A stretch of DNA of 20,000 bases from Catajapyx aquilonaris (Eukaryota): positions 55,184-75,183 of the forward strand of contig JYFJ02002452.1 of the NCBI GenBank assembly GCA_000934665.2, read 5' to 3'. This document shows, in pieces, positions 15,401 through 20,000 of the stretch; within the stretch, counting starts at the first letter, position 1; the number at the start of each line of letters is the position of its first letter. Made by a program: the position numbers and the translations under genes. The notes under the pieces were generated by a model, which was not told the DNA's origin, ran no database searches, and worked only from the letters and a program-made list of their open reading frames with translations.

Positions 15401-17275
15401 TGGACCACTGTGTCCAGGAAGCATCGGGACATGTCCACGTCTCGTACGCAGGACACCCTGAGACGGGGGAGTTCCAGTGCATGTGGAGAGGGTGTGGGCG
15501 GGTGAAGAAGGGGGCGTCACCCTTCCCCAATGTGCAGAGGCTGGTGCGGCACGTCAGGGAAGTGCACATCCAGAAGGGCACTGGGAAGAACGTGCCAGTC
15601 GGGGAGAGGGCCAGGAACTTTGTGCCTAGTTCCAGAAGGAGTGGGCAATCAGCAGGGGTTGGGCAGGTGATCGCAGCAGGGGCAGTGCTGGGCATAAGGT
15701 GTGGGACACCTAGCGGAGCAGGAGTAGTAGCAGGGGTTGTGCAGCAGGGAGTGCAGCATGGAGGTGAGAAGGGGATCGGCATGCCTGCTGCTAAATTCCA
15801 TTGTTGCATTCCCTTATTTGCAAAAGCCAGGAAGTCTTGGCCCACCACTGTTACTGAGAGGCAACTATGAAATTTAGCAGCAGGATTAATGTGCCTTGGG
15901 GTATTATGCATGCTCGAATTTGGCCTGAAGAGCAAACATTATGTACAATTTTATCCTCAAGCAACGCAACAGCTTCACTGCTATTATACTGCATGATGTC
16001 ACTGTTCATAATCTCATCATCAGTGGGAATTTACTCATGTGTCATTCATGCGAATGACCCTTCTGGCAGAGGGACACTTATTCTGTCACAGGTACATTCT
16101 GCAGCTTTCATTGGACCCAGCCTTGTTGAAACAATCTAGTCATTTATATGAGAAGGTGGTCAATCAAATTATGATATTACGCAGGCATTACTTACTCAAA
16201 GCTGCAAACTGTGCCATTGACATTCAGGTTGGTTTCTGTACCTGTCATGGGAACGCGACTAGCGCCTTTGAATGCATCTTGTGCTTTGCGCATGGCTTGC
16301 GGTTTTGTTTCATCCACTGCTTCAGGCGAGCCGTAATTTTTGTGCTGATCGTTTGAAGGCTAGAAAATGTGTGGAGATTAAGTTGTGAAGGCCTGTGGAT
16401 AGCTTTCATTTTGTTAAAAATTGGATACACACCCTTAGGGTTAGGAGTCCTGTCACTCAGATCTGGATCTACCATCCCTCATGTGTCGTCTGTGGGTCAT
16501 CACACAGGTAAGGTGGGAATTGGGGTATGGTGTTGTGAAGTGTTGGACTCTTCCTTCAACTCTCTCTGCAAAATTGGCTGTATTGTCGATTTGACTACTA
16601 TTACGCTTGCTCAGTTCTATGTACGATATGAGAAATGAAGTGTCATTGACTGTAGCTGTTCACTAGTTCTAAGCGGACGTACGTCAACAACGCAACTTCA
16701 TTGTAACATTTGGGCTTCAAACTTGTGGTTTGTAAAGTCATAAACTCATCTTTCCTCAGCATATACCTCGTTGCATGTGGCTCAATCGCTTTGTGCTGGT
16801 TTGCTTATTTGTACATGTTTGCATTTTCCTCTGGGAACTTGAGTAAGAATGCTCTTTCTTAACACATGACATTTTAATGTGTAAGGTGCAACAGTGCAAC
16901 AGCCTGTGCGTCCGCCTGAGCCGATATTTGTGAGTGTGCCACCTCGCCCTCAGCGCTTGCTCCACTCAGAGGCATACATCAAGTAAGTCCTTCGTTCTCA
17001 TTTGCGTCTTCACTATTCAGGCATCAATGTTCATTGTTTCTGTGATTCACACTTCCAGGTACATTGAGAGCCTGCAGGCAGAAACCCGACACATGTCTGC
17101 ATGGGATCGTCACCTTCGAGCCACAGTGGAGAACACTCCTCCACCTGATCAGTCCCGACTCCCTTCCCACTGGCTTGGGAACGGTCCTGGAAGCCACGGC
17201 ACTGTGCTTAACGCTCTTTGGGCACTCAGGTCCTTCATGCTCAAGGATGCACTCGGGGTTGCCAAGGCACTCTAG
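6457..17275 (+). CDS. PBRM1: Protein polybromo-1 (BAF180; PBAF/PBAP SWI/SNF subunit): 6 bromodomains, 2 BAH domains, HMG box, 2 C2H2-type zinc fingers; about 1722 aa core isoform
   Basis: Core exons: 6457-6570, 6625-6870, 6934-7089, 7151-7602, 7982-8253, 8324-8436, 8509-8670, 8748-8894, 8980-9147, 9230-9369, 9445-9568, 9844-10011, 10104-10489, 10589-10748, 10826-11221, 11287-11448, 11538-11698, 11787-11959, 12097-12269, 14366-14689, 14996-15152, 15263-15763, 16886-16982, 17059-17275 (TAG). Total 5169 nt, all phases consistent. Motifs: repeated YPDYY.xIxxPI and AxxYNEPxS bromodomain motifs, BAH (YHVGDFVYVEP, YVCESRY), KPINPQK|EPSPLL, HMG (KKLVTGYILYSS ... SFGEISRIVGNEWRNL), and C-terminal PPRPQRLLHSEAYIKYIESL ... 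ALWALRSFMLKDAL. A few acceptors have in-frame alternatives. Confidence 0.96.
8038..8200 (+). repeat. Low-complexity purine-rich tract encoding a Glu/Asp-rich linker between bromodomains 2 and 3 of PBRM1
   Basis: GAG/GAA/GAC/GAT-rich sequence translating to EEEDNEDGEDGEEDEEGEGDEEEEGEDDDEEDVEEMEAEEEADGAGGEEVEDAD. Confidence 0.9.
12677..12736 (+). CDS. PBRM1: Candidate 60-nt alternative cassette exon of PBRM1 (IENEAASIQLRSKFKVLCER)
   Basis: A long pyrimidine tract ends in CCTTTGCAG, then 20 stop-free codons, then a GTGAGT donor. Phase 0/0 matches the flanking exons ending 12269 and starting 14366. Confidence 0.5.
16439..16507 (+). CDS. PBRM1: Candidate 69-nt alternative or unrecognised exon of PBRM1 ([G]LGVLSLRSGSTIPHVSSVGHHT[G])
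   Basis: CCCTTAG acceptor, strong CAG|GTAAGG donor, no stop codon. Phase 1/1 matches the flanking exons ending 15763 and starting 16886. Confidence 0.55.
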
Positions 17276-18289
17276 ATATAATGTAAATGAGGATAGGCTC
17301 CATCAGAGGGCAAAGGAACATCACAACATTTCAGCCGAATGCTTTCAAGTTTGATGCAGGTGTCAAATGTCAAGTGTAGTGTCTCATTGTGAGTCAGAAT
17401 AGTTCCTGTCACTGTCAGTTCAAATGAAAATTTACTGGCAAGGTTCAAAAATTGGTGTATTTGATGCACCAAAATGCATCAGAACTGCGCCATTGCATTT
17501 CTGATCATCTGATTATGCCTTGCAGAGCTAGTCTGCAGCTAAGATGTGCCATTAACCATGATGTCCGCCCGACATCAGTTCTACTATATATTTTAACAGG
17601 ATTGACAGTTGAATTGTGAAGGATATGCTGACTCACTCTGATGTATGTGACAAAGTGACACCAAAGTGAGTTCTCAAGGTTAGCTTGCATTTGACGATTC
17701 AGTTTTAAAGCAGGTGCTAGCAAACTTTAACGGAAACTTATTAAGATTTGTTGAAGCTAATCTTGAAGAACTAGTGAATGAGAAGACCATGCTAATTTCG
17801 CAAATTTGTCAGTTTGACATAACCTGTACAGAGTGGTTCACACCCATCTGAAGGAGTGGCATTGAGAGAAAACCTTTACATTGCCGGCAACAAACTCGCA
17901 GGTGAAAGGAGTTAAAAAAAAACATTGGTATCATGTGGTATTAGGCTATTTGAACTTTTTTGATTTCGCATATTTTTTAAAGCAATTGTGTTCCCATGGC
18001 ATAATAATAGGTGCATAAGATAAACTTCACCAAATGTATTTGTAATTTTTTAGACCATGTGCTGTAAGAATGTGTGAGCATATGGGGTGCATTTACAGAG
18101 ATTCACCAGAACTCTTTGCCGACCAGCCTTCAAAGGACAAAAGGAATCTTTTTATTTTATAAATGGTGTGAATCTCAACTTTCATGTTTATGCAATTTGT
18201 CAAGTAACATCAGGTAGCTTATTTATTGTTTCTATGAGGTCTTGCATGGCCATTTTTAAAGAAAGTATTCAGTGACCCCTTTTTTCTTA

Positions 18290-18295
18290 AATAAA
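18290..18295 (+). terminator. Candidate polyadenylation signal (AATAAA) of PBRM1, implying a 3' UTR of about 1 kb
   Basis: AATAAA followed about 25-40 nt downstream by a T/GT-rich element (TATTTTGTTTTTCGGTTT). Confidence 0.6.
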
Positions 18296-18396
18296 GTTAC
18301 ATGCAGGAATCAGTATGGCGTATTTTGTTTTTCGGTTTATGAATTGCAGTTGCTTCAACTCCACTTGTGTACTATTAACCGCAAAATGTTGCACTG

Positions 18397-18488
18397 TTAT
18401 GCGATGGCGTCCGCGACTTATTATTTAGCATGGGTTGTAACTCGGCAACACCCATGCTAAACAACAAGTTGCGGACGCCATCACATAA
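18397..18488. repeat. Long inverted repeat (hairpin): 39-bp arms, 14-nt loop
   Basis: Arm 18397-18435 versus the reverse complement of 18450-18488 gives 35/39 identity. All four differences are transitions. Confidence 0.9.
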
Positions 18489-18491
18489 AGA

Positions 18492-18648
18492 CCCATTCAC
18501 ACAGGCCGTCGATGGTTTCGGTTTTGGACCAATCAGAGCGGGCCCTCACGGTAACCATGACGCATTGTTTACGTGAGGGCCCGTTCTGATTGGTCCGCGG
18601 CGTCGACGAGACCAAAAACCAAAACCGTCGACGGCCTGTGTGAATGGG
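18492..18648. mobile_element. 157-bp fold-back element, probable MITE (non-autonomous DNA transposon)
   Basis: Perfect 21-bp terminal inverted repeat CCCATTCACACAGGCCGTCGA, extending imperfectly to about 36 bp. A second inner inverted pair (18526-18550 / 18572-18596) is 24/25 identical. There is no coding capacity and no clean target-site duplication. Confidence 0.65.
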
Positions 18649-19213
18649 CACTTTTGTGGCTAATAGTACGGCTCCCGTAAGAACACATGCAAGACTATAC
18701 GGATAAGTATTTCATGTCATTGCACCTTCAGCGTTATCGTTAGCCCGCAGCTGCAACGATGATCAACCAACGTGATATCTAGTCATCTTGCACAGTAAGT
18801 ACTGTACGAAACTCTCTTCTCAATGAAAATGAGGAAATCTTCGTTGGATTATGTGCCAGGAATTCCTGCAAGTCAGATTTGCCATAATTTGCTTAATAAA
18901 TACAATGTACGTGATATTTTGTATTGATTGCCCCCCCCCCCCNCATGAGCACCTAATCCAGGCCCACTTTTACGCGCTTCCCTCTCATAAGCCCACATGG
19001 CATTGGCGCCTTTATTTTCTGAAATTGGGTTGGGTCTTTGGACGTGTCCATACTGTGGTATCGACCCCCCCCCAATCAGAGTGGTAGTCACGGAAACGCG
19101 CGTCAACACCCGGTGGCAGACTTGGCTGCTTCGAAGAAGAGTGTTCCTTCTAAATAGCTCCCATCCGGAGCAAATCTTCAGGTCCAGTCGGTGTCACCCC
19201 CAACAGCCTCAGG

Positions 19214-19906
19214 ATGAGCAAGAGAGGGGCGAGCAAGCATAACGTGAGGGTGAAGGACACGAGGAAGGTGGTGCTGGACACCTCCAGTTCCTCCATGTCC
19301 AGTAAGGCGGGCAGCAGCGGACCCCAGTCCAGCTCATCCCTGGCCCAACCCGGGACATCCGGCAAGCCGCCGAAGGAGAGTCGGACGGACGTCGTCATCG
19401 TTGGGTCTTCGGCCAATCACAACCCGGTCTGCGAAATCTACAAGGCCATCAACTACGACCAATCCAACGTGGCCCAGGACGGGAACATCAAGCTCATCAA
19501 CAGCACGTAAGTAACAAAAAATCGCGCTCGCTGCGCAGGTGACCCGAATGTGGGGGAGGGGGGGGGGGTATGCAATTATGATCATAAATTAAATAAATAA
19601 AATAAAATAAATAAATACAACAGCATCCGAAACCTTTCCTCAGGTTTCTGTGGCCATGCACATGCTCGCACAGAGACGACGTCGTGGACGACGCCATGAC
19701 CGTCCGATACTCTGAAGACGGTTCCACATTGGCCTGCGGGTTCAAGACGGGTCTCATCCGGTTCTACAACCCGAACACCTCGGCCTGCACCTACACACTG
19801 GTGGACAAGGACATCAAGAACATCATCAGTCCCGTCACCTGCCTGCGATTCAAGCCCATGAAGGGTGTCACCAAGCAGCAGGCCACCAGCATCCTCTTCG
19901 CCACCT
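19214..19906 (+). CDS. WD40-repeat protein, first two coding exons (gene continues beyond the window)
   Basis: Exon 19214-19506 ends at AC|GTAAGT. The next exon starts at 19674 (or in-frame 19644) and ends at 19906 (T|GTAAGT). A basic, Ser-rich N-terminus is followed by WD-like blades: AMTVRYSEDGSTLACGFKTGLIRFYN and SPVTCLRFKP...ILFAT. Codons are strongly C/G-ending. Specific ortholog not recognised. Confidence 0.75.
19585..19617 (+). repeat. Degenerate (AAAT)n / (AAAAT)n simple repeat, preceded by a G-rich run, in the WD40 gene intron
   Basis: Read directly: TAAATTAAATAAATAAAATAAAATAAATAAATA. Confidence 0.8.
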
Positions 19907-20000
19907 GTAAGTCACGGGACGTAACGCGGACCGTTGTGTGTCACGCAACGTAACGCCAGGGAGCATATACCAAGGCCGTACGCAGGATTTTTGTTCGGGG

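Noticed and set aside
15075..15935. 286-aa minus-strand ORF
   Set aside because: Antisense shadow of the GC-rich PBRM1 zinc-finger exon with no recognisable domain.
18930..18945. Poly-C run with an ambiguous base N, and ORFs spanning it
   Set aside because: Homopolymer sequencing uncertainty. The overlapping short ORFs have no coding features.

Overview
This is compact eukaryotic genomic DNA, most likely from an arthropod (inferred from protein motifs), with mostly 55-100 bp GT-AG introns. Splicing by hand gives five protein-coding loci. (1) The 3' part of the giant E3 ligase HERC1 (+, 14 exons: WD40, RCC1-like domain 2, HECT; stop 4645). (2) A 3-exon gene (-, 5407-4832) for a 152-aa, probably secreted single-WSC-domain protein, whose WSC exons are absent from the ORF track. 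(3) SDHAF4 (-, 3 exons, 107 aa). (4) A complete polybromo/PBRM1/BAF180 gene (+, 24 core coding exons, about 1722 aa) lying head-to-head with SDHAF4, with two candidate cassette exons and several tandem acceptors. (5) The first two coding exons of a WD40 protein (+, from 19214). Two back-to-back long inverted repeats (18397-18488 and 18492-18648, MITE-like) lie between PBRM1 and the WD40 gene. I see no prokaryotic-type system, CRISPR array, rRNA or tRNA. The most novel items are the hidden WSC gene, its tight coupling to the SDHAF4 3' end, and the twin hairpins. Ortholog assignments rest on remembered family sequences, not database searches.
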